DNA from: Candidatus Aenigmatarchaeota archaeon
GTDB lineage: Archaea; Aenigmatarchaeota; Aenigmatarchaeia; PWEA01; JACQIF01
Reading direction: 5' to 3'
Assembly (NCBI GenBank): GCA_016432325.1
Contig: CP066684.1
Span: 672,001-736,000, forward strand
Length of the DNA: 64,000 nt
Positions 37,757 through 47,484 of this stretch are shown here, one piece after another (the stretch's first letter is position 1; each line of letters starts with the position of its first letter). The translations under genes and the position numbers were made by a program. Under the pieces are notes generated by a model. That model was given only the letters and a program-made list of their open reading frames with translations. It made no database searches and was not told the origin of the DNA.

Positions 37757-38590
37757 ATGCCTAAAATGGGATACAAGTTCAAGGAGCCCAGCGACCTCCA
37801 GAAGGCCGGTTTGGCAGCCGCGCTCGTTCTGGTTTTGATAGTGGCCGGTTACGAGTATACGATAATCCAGACGCGGGACGGTTCCATCGCCTCTCTCGAA
37901 GGCACGCTCGCGGCGACGCAACAGGTTCTTGATACGACAGAGGCCGCCTTGCAAACGGCCCATACGGATAACGACGCCCTGAGGTCCGACATCAACGCGC
38001 GCGACGAAACGATAAGGGGCTTGGGGAATGACCTCGGTCTGGCAGAGAACCAGATAGCAGACCTTACGCCTATCACGAAACGCTTCTCTGTCGTAGGAGT
38101 CCGCGGGGACGGCACAGGAGTGATAATTCCGCTTGAAGTCAAGATAGTTTCCGGAGACGGTTCGGTTTCGGTGAACATCAAGAATGTCGACTTGCAGAGC
38201 GGCACCCAAGCGTCTGTGCGCACGGCCGTCGACGTCGCCGAGGACTATACGGGGGACAACTTTAACAAAAAGGACGTTACGGTGAGCTTCATCAACGAGG
38301 AGTCCGCAATCGTCACGATAGACGGCCCCTCTGCCGGAGGCGCGATAACTGCAACGATAATAGCCGCGGCCGAGAACGAGACGATGCGCGACGACGTGCT
38401 GATGACAGGAACCATAGAAGAGAACGGTTCCATCGGACCTGTCGGAGGCGTCTTTGAAAAGGCCGAGGCCGCCAAGGACGAAGGCGCCGAGATATTCATC
38501 GTGCCGAGCGGACAGTCGGTGAGCGTCGGCGGAATACAAATAATAGAAGTGAACGACATCAACCGCGTCGTGAAGCTCCTCTTCGAGTGA
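37757..38590 (+). CDS. Membrane-anchored Lon-like S16 protease domain protein
   Basis: TM helix, coiled coil, IDGPSAG (Ser), MTGTI..IGPVGGVFEK (Lys); no ATPase domain. Confidence 0.85.
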   Translation: MPKMGYKFKEPSDLQKAGLAAALVLVLIVAGYEYTIIQTRDGSIASLEGTLAATQQVLDTTEAALQTAHTDNDALRSDINARDETIRGLGNDLGLAENQIADLTPITKRFSVVGVRGDGTGVIIPLEVKIVSGDGSVSVNIKNVDLQSGTQASVRTAVDVAEDYTGDNFNKKDVTVSFINEESAIVTIDGPSAGGAITATIIAAAENETMRDDVLMTGTIEENGSIGPVGGVFEKAEAAKDEGAEIFIVPSGQSVSVGGIQIIEVNDINRVVKLLFE

Positions 38591-38898
38591 TGCACGTGAC
38601 GGAGTTCTGCTACCAGACGTACGAGATACAAGGAGAGACAGTTCTGGCGATATGCGACGCGGACATCGCAGGCCGCGCCTTCAGGCAGGACGACATAGTA
38701 CTCGACGCGAAGCGCTCGTTCTATTGTTCGAAGGAATGCGGCCCGATAAAGGCGAAGCGCCTCTTCGAACAGGCGACCATAATCAACGCCACGGGCGTGC
38801 GCGCCGTCGCCCTTCTGGTCGAGCAGGGCCTCGCGGACAAGGAGCGCGTGCTCGTCGTGGAAGGAGTGCCGCACGCGCAGATGGTCAAATTGGAGTAA
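38590..38898 (+). CDS. DUF424 family protein
   Basis: VLAICDADI.G..F, FY, ATIINATG..AV, GVPHAQ. Confidence 0.8.
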   Translation: MHVTEFCYQTYEIQGETVLAICDADIAGRAFRQDDIVLDAKRSFYCSKECGPIKAKRLFEQATIINATGVRAVALLVEQGLADKERVLVVEGVPHAQMVKLE

Positions 38899-38945
38899 AC
38901 GGATGTTCTATATATCGATGACGCGCCACCGAACAGCGGTGGGTT

Positions 38946-39806
38946 ATGAGGACGACGGCATTCATCACGCGAGGGGTAGCGAACAGGATAAAAGGAGAAC
39001 TCGACGATAAGGCATTCGATCTTGTAAGGAATCTCCCTGAAGCGGAAGCGGCACGGAGCATAGTATCGCATCTCAATTCCAACGCGAGCCGAGTGCCCTT
39101 TAGCACGCTCAAGGACGGCGGCATGATACTTGACGCGTGGTCTGTGCTCAAGGACGGGCCGGAACCGAACCTCGCTGGCAAGGCGGCCACTTATTTTGGC
39201 AAGCCACCGGAGGCCTTTGCTCCTCACGTACGAAACCACCCCGCTGTCAGAGGCGCTCTCGGGCAGAACGGGCAGACGTTGGTTGTTGACAACCTTCGCT
39301 ACGCGTACTCGCTTCACCATGCCGATGGCACCACGACTGTCGATTGGCGCTTCCTCGACCTACAGAACCCAATAGAACAGGCGGACGTTGTTGAGGTATA
39401 TCTCTCTAGGACGATGGAGAGGGAACTCGCCAATATTCTTCGCATAGACGCGAATCTCGTTGAAGGAGAGCTCAATGTAGGCGCGAGAAACGCGGTGTAT
39501 TCGACCATGGGCGACGACGCCGCTCTCTTGACCAATCCCGCCCTGCGCGCCGTACGCGAGAGAGTCCCGGATTCCTTGAAGGTTAGAGTGCCGTCCGGGT
39601 TGCTGGACGAAATAAAGGGCCGCGCGCCTGTCGTTGTGAAGCAGGTGCTGAGAGGCTACGGAGATCCCAAACACGTCGACGGTACAAAGAAGCTCGAGTG
39701 GTATCGCATAGACGACCTTTCGGCGAACCATCGGATGCGCTCGTCGATTCCGGAGGGTTCGCAGCCGCCCAAAACGGACGCGCCCTTTTTATCTCAAGTG
39801 CGCTAA
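38946..39806 (+). CDS. Hypothetical protein
   Basis: 286-aa ORF, upstream TATATA. Confidence 0.6.
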   Translation: MRTTAFITRGVANRIKGELDDKAFDLVRNLPEAEAARSIVSHLNSNASRVPFSTLKDGGMILDAWSVLKDGPEPNLAGKAATYFGKPPEAFAPHVRNHPAVRGALGQNGQTLVVDNLRYAYSLHHADGTTTVDWRFLDLQNPIEQADVVEVYLSRTMERELANILRIDANLVEGELNVGARNAVYSTMGDDAALLTNPALRAVRERVPDSLKVRVPSGLLDEIKGRAPVVVKQVLRGYGDPKHVDGTKKLEWYRIDDLSANHRMRSSIPEGSQPPKTDAPFLSQVR

Positions 39807-39815
39807 TTTCACCGT

Positions 39816-40277
39816 ATGCTAAAATCGAAGAATACCAACAAATCCGGCCAGTTTTTCATGACTTACCGACCACGCCGAGGTAAGTTTGAAAAACTTCACA
39901 AATCCGGCCAGTTTTTCATAATCTCAACGATAATCGTCGCGTTTTCCTTGGTCGGCATCCAGTTTCTCCTCGCCGGATACAACCTCGCCGATCCTTCAAA
40001 GATATTTGCGCTTCAGGAAGACTATCTCTTCTTCAATACCAAAGCGGCTCTGAACCAGACGTATTACGCGTATCCCTGTCCTCTCATGGAACGGAATCTG
40101 AACGAAGTGAAGAACGGTCTCGAAAGAAAACTGCAGACGCGGCTGATGATTCTGAATGTGACGTTCACGGACCCGTGCGCGGGCGCCGGAGAAAACACGA
40201 AACAGACCACGACATTCTACGTGAACCTGACGTCGCGCACGTATGTGCTGTACGACGAGTTCACACTAGCGCCCTGA
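39816..40277 (+). CDS. Class III signal peptide (pilin-like) protein with duplicated processing motif
   Basis: KSGQFF twice, then hydrophobic helix. Confidence 0.7.
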   Translation: MLKSKNTNKSGQFFMTYRPRRGKFEKLHKSGQFFIISTIIVAFSLVGIQFLLAGYNLADPSKIFALQEDYLFFNTKAALNQTYYAYPCPLMERNLNEVKNGLERKLQTRLMILNVTFTDPCAGAGENTKQTTTFYVNLTSRTYVLYDEFTLAP

Positions 40278-40286
40278 CGCGGATAT

Positions 40287-42542
40287 TTAAAGCACGGTTT
40301 TTGCCAACCATTGGCCCGTGTATGACTCCTTGTTAGAGATTATATCTTCTGGCGTTCCCTCGGCAACAATTTCCCCACCACGGTCGCCGCCTTCGGGACC
40401 TAAATCTATTATCCAGTCCGCGCTCGCCATAACGTCCAGATTATGTTCGATGACCAACACAGAGTTTCCCTCGTCCACCAAACGATGCAAGAAGCCGAGT
40501 AGTTTTTCGACGTCGGCAAAGTGCAGCCCCGCCGTCGGTTCATCGAGAATATAGAACTCGCTTCTTTTATGGAGACTTTCCGCCAACTTCAACCGTTGTG
40601 ACTCGCCGCCAGACAATGTATCGAGTGTCTGGCCGATGTTCAGATAGTCAAGACCGATGTCTCTCAATACACCCAGTTTTTTATTGAGTTCGTCATGGTT
40701 GAAGAACCGAATGGCTTCATCGGCGGTCATCTGCAATATCTCAAAAATGTTCTTGCCATGGTATTCGTATCGTAACGTATTGGGACTATATTTCTTACCA
40801 TCGCACGCTTCACAGACAATTTTGATTGATGCCATAAAGTGCATATCGACTTTCTTGTGGCCCAATCCCTTGCAATCCTGACACGCACCCCGACCATTGG
40901 AGCTGAACAGTGCTTTGTCGACGCCATTCTCCTTTGCAACAATTCGTCTGATGATGTCGAAGGCGCCTGTGTAGGTTGCGATGTTGCCGCGTGGAGATGA
41001 GCCAACAGGCGACTGGTCAACGAGCACCACACGTTTTCTATATTGTTTTGAGAAAACATCGTTAATCAGAGTGCTTTTTCCAGAACCCGAGACACCTGTT
41101 ACCGCGGTAAAGACGCCCGTTGGTATCTTGACGGAGATATTTTTGAGGTTGTGCAGAGTGGCGTTCTTGATTCCCAAGTAACCTGTTGGCTTGCGTCGGA
41201 CATTTCTTATAACATGCTTGGATTTACCGCTTAGGTATTTTCCAGTCAAGGAGTTGCCATCTCTCATGATTTCACGAGGTGAACCTGTAGCAACCACCTC
41301 GCCACCAAACTTTCCTCCGCCTGGGCCAAGTTCGATTAAGTAGTCGGACTCGAGCATCACGCTGGCATCGTGCTCCACGGCGATGACGGTGTTTTGAGAG
41401 TCACGCAATTTCTTCATAACACGAATTACGTTGCCCACATCTCGTGGATGAAGTCCTGTCGTTGGTTCGTCCAAAAGATAGATTGTTTCGATGAGGGTGC
41501 TGCCCAGCTCTCTGGCGAGCTTTATTCTCTGCGCTTCGCCAGCGGAGAGAGTATCCACGGATCTGTTCAGCGATACATATCCAATACCGACGTCGATAAG
41601 CCCGTCGAGCAGTTCTTTCATCCTTGTCACAATTGGTTTGGCAACAGGTCCATCTATCCCCACCAATTCTTTTGTCAGAGATGTTATTGGCAACGATGCG
41701 AAATATCCTATGTTTTTGCCGTTAAGGGTCACTGCTAACGCTTTCTTGTTCAGTCTCGCGCCACCACAAGTAGAGCATTCTTTGGTTAGCCAATATGCGG
41801 CGTCTGTCTTGGATTTGGCGGTGGAGATGCCTCTCACGTCGCCAGCCCGTTCGACGAGTCTATTGGCCACGCCCTCCCAGCTATACGACTGGACAAAGCC
41901 CTGAGACGCGTTCCTGAGCTTTATCTGAGGCGAGTAAAGAAGGAAGTCCAGTTCCTTCTTGGAGAAATCCTTGATTGGCTTGTCGAATTCAACCCTTTTT
42001 GTGGTCTTCAGGATGTTCATATATCTGCCGCTTGGTTTAAACAGCGTGTGTCCGATGGCACCATCGTTCAGGGTCTTCTCGAAATCTATGAGAATCCTTT
42101 GGTCGATGGTAATCTCGGTGCCAATGCCTTTGCATTTTTCGCAGCAGCCCAACGGGCTGTTGAAAGAGAAATGGCCAGCACTTAAATTTCTGGAACCTGC
42201 CCGTGAGAACAGTAGCCTTAGATATGTGTAGATTTCTGTAACTGTGCCTACAGTAGAGCGGGGACTTTCTCTCAACTGTCTCTGTTCTATCATAATTGTT
42301 GGCGAGAGTCCTTTAATGTCGTCTACGTCTGGTCGTTCGGTTCTTTGAAGGAGGCGAGCCGCGTATGTATCTAACGATTCCAAGAACTGCCGTTGCCCCT
42401 CGGAAAATATGATATCAAAAACAACAGTCGACTTGCCCGACCCAGAAACCCCAACGAGAGACGTTATCTTGTTACGGGGTATCTCAACGTCTATGTTCTT
42501 CAGGTTGTGTTCCCGCGCTCCGAGAATTTCAATATGGTCCAT
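40287..42542 (-). CDS. UvrA-like ABC ATPase, short class II/DrrC type
   Basis: GAREHNLKN, two GVSGSGKST, LSAGE/LSGGE signatures, LDEPT, zinc fingers; 751 aa, UvrB-binding insertion appears absent. Confidence 0.9.
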   Translation of the reverse strand: MDHIEILGAREHNLKNIDVEIPRNKITSLVGVSGSGKSTVVFDIIFSEGQRQFLESLDTYAARLLQRTERPDVDDIKGLSPTIMIEQRQLRESPRSTVGTVTEIYTYLRLLFSRAGSRNLSAGHFSFNSPLGCCEKCKGIGTEITIDQRILIDFEKTLNDGAIGHTLFKPSGRYMNILKTTKRVEFDKPIKDFSKKELDFLLYSPQIKLRNASQGFVQSYSWEGVANRLVERAGDVRGISTAKSKTDAAYWLTKECSTCGGARLNKKALAVTLNGKNIGYFASLPITSLTKELVGIDGPVAKPIVTRMKELLDGLIDVGIGYVSLNRSVDTLSAGEAQRIKLARELGSTLIETIYLLDEPTTGLHPRDVGNVIRVMKKLRDSQNTVIAVEHDASVMLESDYLIELGPGGGKFGGEVVATGSPREIMRDGNSLTGKYLSGKSKHVIRNVRRKPTGYLGIKNATLHNLKNISVKIPTGVFTAVTGVSGSGKSTLINDVFSKQYRKRVVLVDQSPVGSSPRGNIATYTGAFDIIRRIVAKENGVDKALFSSNGRGACQDCKGLGHKKVDMHFMASIKIVCEACDGKKYSPNTLRYEYHGKNIFEILQMTADEAIRFFNHDELNKKLGVLRDIGLDYLNIGQTLDTLSGGESQRLKLAESLHKRSEFYILDEPTAGLHFADVEKLLGFLHRLVDEGNSVLVIEHNLDVMASADWIIDLGPEGGDRGGEIVAEGTPEDIISNKESYTGQWLAKTVL

Positions 42543-42598
42543 CGTCTCGCTTTCCTATTCTGCGATATGTTTTTAAAGGTTCCTGCCTAACTCACGGC

Positions 42599-42991
42599 AT
42601 GTCCAAGCAAGAAAAAAAGGCCGCAACTGTCGGCGAGGCGTTGACGAATTGGCACGAAGATTTCACGCATAATTTCAACCCCGAAGACGTTCCGGCTGGC
42701 GCAGAGGACCTGGAAAACGCCGTTCTGTACATCGTGACTCACGCGGAGTCAGAGGCGCTGAAAGACAATGCGAGTATCCTGGGCGCTCTTGAGTCCGAGG
42801 TACGGTTCTTCATCATGAATATGGATAACGTGGACCACAAATACGCTCCTGTGGCGAACAGGAACGTCGAACTGCTCGGCCGGTTTTACGGCAGGCTCGT
42901 GGAAGAGCTGGAGAAAGAGCCGGCGATACGCGACGGCAGACTCGAAGACGTCAACCATTCCATTCGGATCGGACGAAGATGGCGCGGTTAA
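42599..42991 (+). CDS. Hypothetical protein
   Basis: 130-aa ORF, upstream TTTTAAA. Confidence 0.55.
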   Translation: MSKQEKKAATVGEALTNWHEDFTHNFNPEDVPAGAEDLENAVLYIVTHAESEALKDNASILGALESEVRFFIMNMDNVDHKYAPVANRNVELLGRFYGRLVEELEKEPAIRDGRLEDVNHSIRIGRRWRG

Positions 42992-43015
42992 ATAACTTAT
43001 CGTGCAAATCGCACC

Positions 43016-43270
43016 ATGGCCGCGAGAATAGACAAGCGCGTGATAGGAGGAACGCTCAGCGGAGTAGCAGGCGCGTTCGTCGGAGATTCAGCGGCGCACG
43101 CGTTCGATAGGCTCCTGATGCCTGACGCGCCGACGCACTCGCTGCTCGATACGATGCTCCGCAACATTCCGTACGAGCCCACGATTGGACAGTACGTTAC
43201 GACTCTTGGCACGATGCTCATCTGCGTCAAGGTTGGAATGGACTATTTCGGCAGACCTATCAGACAGTGA
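43016..43270 (+). CDS. Small membrane protein
   Basis: Gly-zipper-like helix plus a second hydrophobic helix. Confidence 0.45.
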   Translation: MAARIDKRVIGGTLSGVAGAFVGDSAAHAFDRLLMPDAPTHSLLDTMLRNIPYEPTIGQYVTTLGTMLICVKVGMDYFGRPIRQ

Positions 43271-44363
43271 GCCCCTCGAACTTCCTTCTGACGCGCTCAA
43301 GAAACTCCTCCTTGTGTTCTATCGGAACCGATCCTGCCGCGGCCTTGTCGTGACCGCCGCCTTCTCCGAGCCCGCGCGTCAGCTCCTTCACGAGCGCCGC
43401 CACGTCCACGCGGCCGGACTGGCAGCGGAAGGACATCTCGACGTTGTGCGCCGTCGCCCGCCAAACCATCACGACGCTGTCCGAATGCGCTTCTGCCACG
43501 CGTGTGGCAAGCACGCCGACTATCTTGTATTTGCTCGCGATGTGGTACATGAGCGCGCCGGCCTTTTCGAAGCGCACTGCATTGTGCTCGAAGTCGTCCA
43601 TCGTCGCCTCAAGCTCGGTCTGATACGCGTTGTAGTGCTTCATGAGCGCGCTCGACGTGATGTCCTCCGGGCTTTCCGCGTTAGAAACCACGTCAAACGC
43701 CAGCGTGGCGCCCTTGTGGCCCTCGACGCCGTAAGCCGCCGAGATTATGTTTGAGATGAGGCCGAGCCCGCTGTTCCACATCTCGCGCTGGTCGTACAAC
43801 TCCTTCAGTACCAGTTCCGGATGCTTCTTCGCCACGAGGTCGATGAGGTCCTTGCAGTCCTTCAGGCCGTAGTCGCTCAGCACGCCGACGCCCGCCAGCC
43901 AGCAGTATTTGGTGGAGAACGGTTGCGTAAGCACGTAGGCGAGATAGGACGTGGGCCTGTACAGCTTCGCGTCTTCGAAGCGCGGATTGATGTGGACGAC
44001 CGTGCGCGACGACAGGTCCTTCCTCGGTATGTGGTGGTCGAGAACGAGCATCTTCACGCCCCTCAGGGACGGCTCCATCGGAGACTGGTCTATCGGAAGG
44101 TCGCAGGTTATCACGCGCTCCTGTTCCTTCATCTGGTCGAGAAGCACGTCAGAAACGTTGATGCCCACCTCGTCCTTGCATTTCGCGAGAACCGGTTCGA
44201 TGCCTTTGGTTCGAAGATACTTCACAACAAGCGCCGCAGAACAGATGCCGTCGGAATCCCTGTCGAAAACGATACCATAAGAACGAGTCTCTTCGAGGAA
44301 CGCTCGCGCCTTGTCCAGATTGAAGGGCATCCCGGAAGGACCGGCGCTTCGTTTGACGACCAC
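43260..44363 (-). CDS. DHH/DHHA1 phosphoesterase (RecJ-like)
   Basis: DRDSDGICS, TCD, LDHH, SDY, SFR, GGGHDKAAA. Confidence 0.88.
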   Translation of the reverse strand: MVVKRSAGPSGMPFNLDKARAFLEETRSYGIVFDRDSDGICSAALVVKYLRTKGIEPVLAKCKDEVGINVSDVLLDQMKEQERVITCDLPIDQSPMEPSLRGVKMLVLDHHIPRKDLSSRTVVHINPRFEDAKLYRPTSYLAYVLTQPFSTKYCWLAGVGVLSDYGLKDCKDLIDLVAKKHPELVLKELYDQREMWNSGLGLISNIISAAYGVEGHKGATLAFDVVSNAESPEDITSSALMKHYNAYQTELEATMDDFEHNAVRFEKAGALMYHIASKYKIVGVLATRVAEAHSDSVVMVWRATAHNVEMSFRCQSGRVDVAALVKELTRGLGEGGGHDKAAAGSVPIEHKEEFLERVRRKFEGLTV

Positions 44364-47300
44364 TTATTTCACCACTTCAAATTCGGCGGTCAAATCTTTA
44401 AATGCGCATGCACGCGCCTCTCTCAAGGACGCGTTGTACACGATGCGCGAAGAACCGGTGCGCTTCTTCAGTTCGCCTTCCCATCTTCGAAGGGCTCCCA
44501 TAGCGTTCGAGTCTGCGTTTACGTTCAGCGCCACGCGTTCGCTGACTTTAAGGCCCAGTTCTTTGCGCCTCTGTTGCACGGCGCGCGAGAGCTCGCGCAC
44601 GAACGCTTCTTCCTCGAGTTCGCGCGAGCTGGTCAAGTCCAGTTCCACCGTTCCCCATCCGAGAGCGCTCGAGAAGGCGCGCCCGCGTTCGGCAACGGCC
44701 CGCAGTACGATCTCGTCTTTTGTCAACGTGTACGAACCGGCTTTCGCCTTTCCTTCTTTCTTCAAGGCGGCCGCGATCTTCGTTGCGTCCGCTTCTGCGA
44801 GCGCCTTCGCTATCTTCGGCACGTCCTTGCCGTACTTTGGTCCTGCCGTAGCGTAGTTGAGCTTGACTTCGAAGCCGACATCCGCCAGTACGGTCTCGAC
44901 GTCCTTGACGTTGACGAGAGCGCGTATCGTGTCATCCATATCCTTTGCGGCTTTGAGCAGTTCCTTCGAACCCGCAACGACGACCTTCTTCAGCGGGTAT
45001 CGGAGGCCGATTCCGGATTCGTCGCGCAGCGCGAGGCACGCCTCGACGAGCGAGCGCACTCCGTCCATGCTGCGTTCGAGAGCCGTGTTTGTGCGCGCGG
45101 TCGTTGGCCAATCCTGGAAATGGACACTTTCATTGTCGCCGCTCAGGCCACCGTAAATCCCGTCCGACATGAATGGAGCAAGAGGCGCGAGAATCTTGCT
45201 AAGCGTAACGAGCGCTTCGCCAAGCGTCGCATATACGGCGTTCCTCGAGGCCATTGTGGCGTTCTGGCCCACGCGCTCGCGCACGAGCTTGATGTACCAC
45301 CTGCTCAAATCGTTCATAACAAAGTCCTGAACAAGGGCCGGATTGTTCTGGAACTCGTACGCCTCGAAGTTCTTCTCGCACTCCTTGGCGAGCGTGTTGA
45401 TGCGCGACAAGAGCCAGCGGTCTTCGACGCGCCGAACGGCCTTGCCCTTTCCCGTATAGCCGTCCGCGTTCGCGTACGTCGTGAAGAACTTGTAGGAGTT
45501 CCACAGCGTGTCCATAGTCTTCTTCATTGCCGCGAGACCGTCTTCCGAATACTTCACAGACTCGTCCGGACTCAGCGAGGCCATGTACAGCCGCGTCGCA
45601 TCCCGGCCGTACTTCTCCACGAGAGTGTTGGGATGTATGACATTTCCGACACTCTTCGACATCTTTATGCCCGACGCATCGAGCATCCATGAGTTAATCA
45701 GAACGTTCTTGAACGGCGCCTTATCGAATACGAGTACGCTCGCGTTCGTTTGTGCATTCCACCAGCCGCGTATCTGGTCCCTCCCCTCTATGTTCAAATC
45801 GGCGGGCCAGTACTTCTTCAGCTTCTTGTCTGTCGTCGGATAGTCGAGCGCCGACCAGCTCGCGACAGAAGATTCCAGCCAGACGTCCATTATGTCGGGT
45901 ATGCGCGTCGCTTCAGCACCGCATTCGCATTTCACGCGAACGGCGTCAATGTAGGGGATGTGCGGGTCGAAATCGTCTGGCACGCTCGCCGTCGCCAGTT
46001 TCTGAAGCTCCTCGAGCGATCCTATGATGGTGGCGCGCCCGCACGCCTTGCAGTCCCATATGGGGAGCGGGACCCCCCAGTATCTCTGGCGAGTGATCGG
46101 CCAGTCTGTCAGGCTCGTGCGGAACCACTCGTCGGTCTTGCGCTTCGCGTGGTCAGGAATCCAGTTGACTTTGCCGTTCTCCTTGACGAGCGCGTCCCTG
46201 TATTCCGTTGAGCGGATGAACCAGTTGTCCATCGCGAGCTGCAGCAGCGGCGTCGAGCATCTCCAGCAGTGCGGATATTCGTGCTCTATCTGTTCCGTGT
46301 GGAAGAGCTTTCCGTTGGCGCGCAGCCAAGCCGTTATCTCCTCGTTCGCTTCCGTGACGTTGCGGCCCGCGAGGTTCGGACCTGCCTCTTTCTTGTATCT
46401 GCCGTCCAGCCCGATTGGATTTATCAATGGCAGTCCTTGCCCCGTGCCTTCGAAGAAGTCTTCGCGGCCGTGTCCGGGAGCAGTGTGGACGAGGCCCGTG
46501 CCTGCGTCGAGCGTCACGTACTGCCTGGAAAGTATGACGCGATAGCCGCCTTCGCGTTCGCTTGCGAGCGGCGTGAAGCCCTTAAGCAGAGGCTCGTACT
46601 CTATTCCCTCGAGTTTCTTACCCGTTTTCTCTTCAAGAACCGTGTAGTGCTTGCCCAATCGTTTCATCAACGGCGCGAGCAGCTCTTTCGCAGCCCAAAC
46701 CTTCTTCCCGTCGACTTCGACCTTCGCATAGACGTAATCCGGATGGACCATTATTCCGGTGTTGGATGGCAGAGTCCATGGCGTCGTGGTCCACGCCATC
46801 AGATGCTCGTCGTTACGCGTCTTGAACGTAACGAACACAGACGAGTCCTTTCTCGTCTTGTGAACGGCCTCTGCGTTTGAGAGAGTCGTCTGGCATCTAG
46901 GGCAGACGCTGACCGGATATTTCCCTTTGGAAAGCAAGCCGCGTTCCTGCGCGCGCTTCACCACAAACCACGCGCCGAACATGTATTCAGGCGCCATCGT
47001 GCGGTACGGGTTGTCCCAGTCGAAGACGAGACAACCGAGGTTCTTGAACTCCTCTGTCATTATCTGCATGTTGCCCGTTGAGAAACGCTTGCACTCCTCG
47101 ATGAAGCGCTCGATGCCGAACTCGGCGAGCCGCGTCTTGTCGATGCTGTGCGCCTTCTCGACCTTGTTTTCTATGGGCAGGCCGTGCATGTCCCATCCCG
47201 GCCGGTTCTCCACGTCGAATCCGCGCATGAACTTGTATCTTGACGCGATGTCTTTCCAGATGCCGTTGAGTGCGGTTCCCAGGTGCAAGTGGCCCGTAGG

Positions 47301-47444
47301 ATAAGGCGGCCCGAAGCACAGGTAAAATCCCTTGCCCTTTGAGCGCGAGGCGCGCAGCTTCTTGTACAGCGAACCGTCCCACCACCCCTTGGCGTAGCGC
47401 TCCTCGTCCTTGTTCGTGAACGTATCCGGCGCAGGCTTGAACAT
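44364..47444 (-). CDS. ileS: Isoleucyl-tRNA synthetase
   Basis: GPPYPTG.LHLGT, GWDMHGLPIE, WTTTPWTLPSN, GTGLVH, RQRYWG, EGRDQIRGW, KMSKS. Confidence 0.95.
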   Translation of the reverse strand: MFKPAPDTFTNKDEERYAKGWWDGSLYKKLRASRSKGKGFYLCFGPPYPTGHLHLGTALNGIWKDIASRYKFMRGFDVENRPGWDMHGLPIENKVEKAHSIDKTRLAEFGIERFIEECKRFSTGNMQIMTEEFKNLGCLVFDWDNPYRTMAPEYMFGAWFVVKRAQERGLLSKGKYPVSVCPRCQTTLSNAEAVHKTRKDSSVFVTFKTRNDEHLMAWTTTPWTLPSNTGIMVHPDYVYAKVEVDGKKVWAAKELLAPLMKRLGKHYTVLEEKTGKKLEGIEYEPLLKGFTPLASEREGGYRVILSRQYVTLDAGTGLVHTAPGHGREDFFEGTGQGLPLINPIGLDGRYKKEAGPNLAGRNVTEANEEITAWLRANGKLFHTEQIEHEYPHCWRCSTPLLQLAMDNWFIRSTEYRDALVKENGKVNWIPDHAKRKTDEWFRTSLTDWPITRQRYWGVPLPIWDCKACGRATIIGSLEELQKLATASVPDDFDPHIPYIDAVRVKCECGAEATRIPDIMDVWLESSVASWSALDYPTTDKKLKKYWPADLNIEGRDQIRGWWNAQTNASVLVFDKAPFKNVLINSWMLDASGIKMSKSVGNVIHPNTLVEKYGRDATRLYMASLSPDESVKYSEDGLAAMKKTMDTLWNSYKFFTTYANADGYTGKGKAVRRVEDRWLLSRINTLAKECEKNFEAYEFQNNPALVQDFVMNDLSRWYIKLVRERVGQNATMASRNAVYATLGEALVTLSKILAPLAPFMSDGIYGGLSGDNESVHFQDWPTTARTNTALERSMDGVRSLVEACLALRDESGIGLRYPLKKVVVAGSKELLKAAKDMDDTIRALVNVKDVETVLADVGFEVKLNYATAGPKYGKDVPKIAKALAEADATKIAAALKKEGKAKAGSYTLTKDEIVLRAVAERGRAFSSALGWGTVELDLTSSRELEEEAFVRELSRAVQQRRKELGLKVSERVALNVNADSNAMGALRRWEGELKKRTGSSRIVYNASLREARACAFKDLTAEFEVVK

Positions 47445-47484
47445 AACGCCAATGTTGTCGCGAAGCGCATTTAAATTAGAACGT

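Noticed and set aside
43821-45692. 623-aa plus-strand ORF
   Set aside because: Antisense shadow of ileS and the DHH gene
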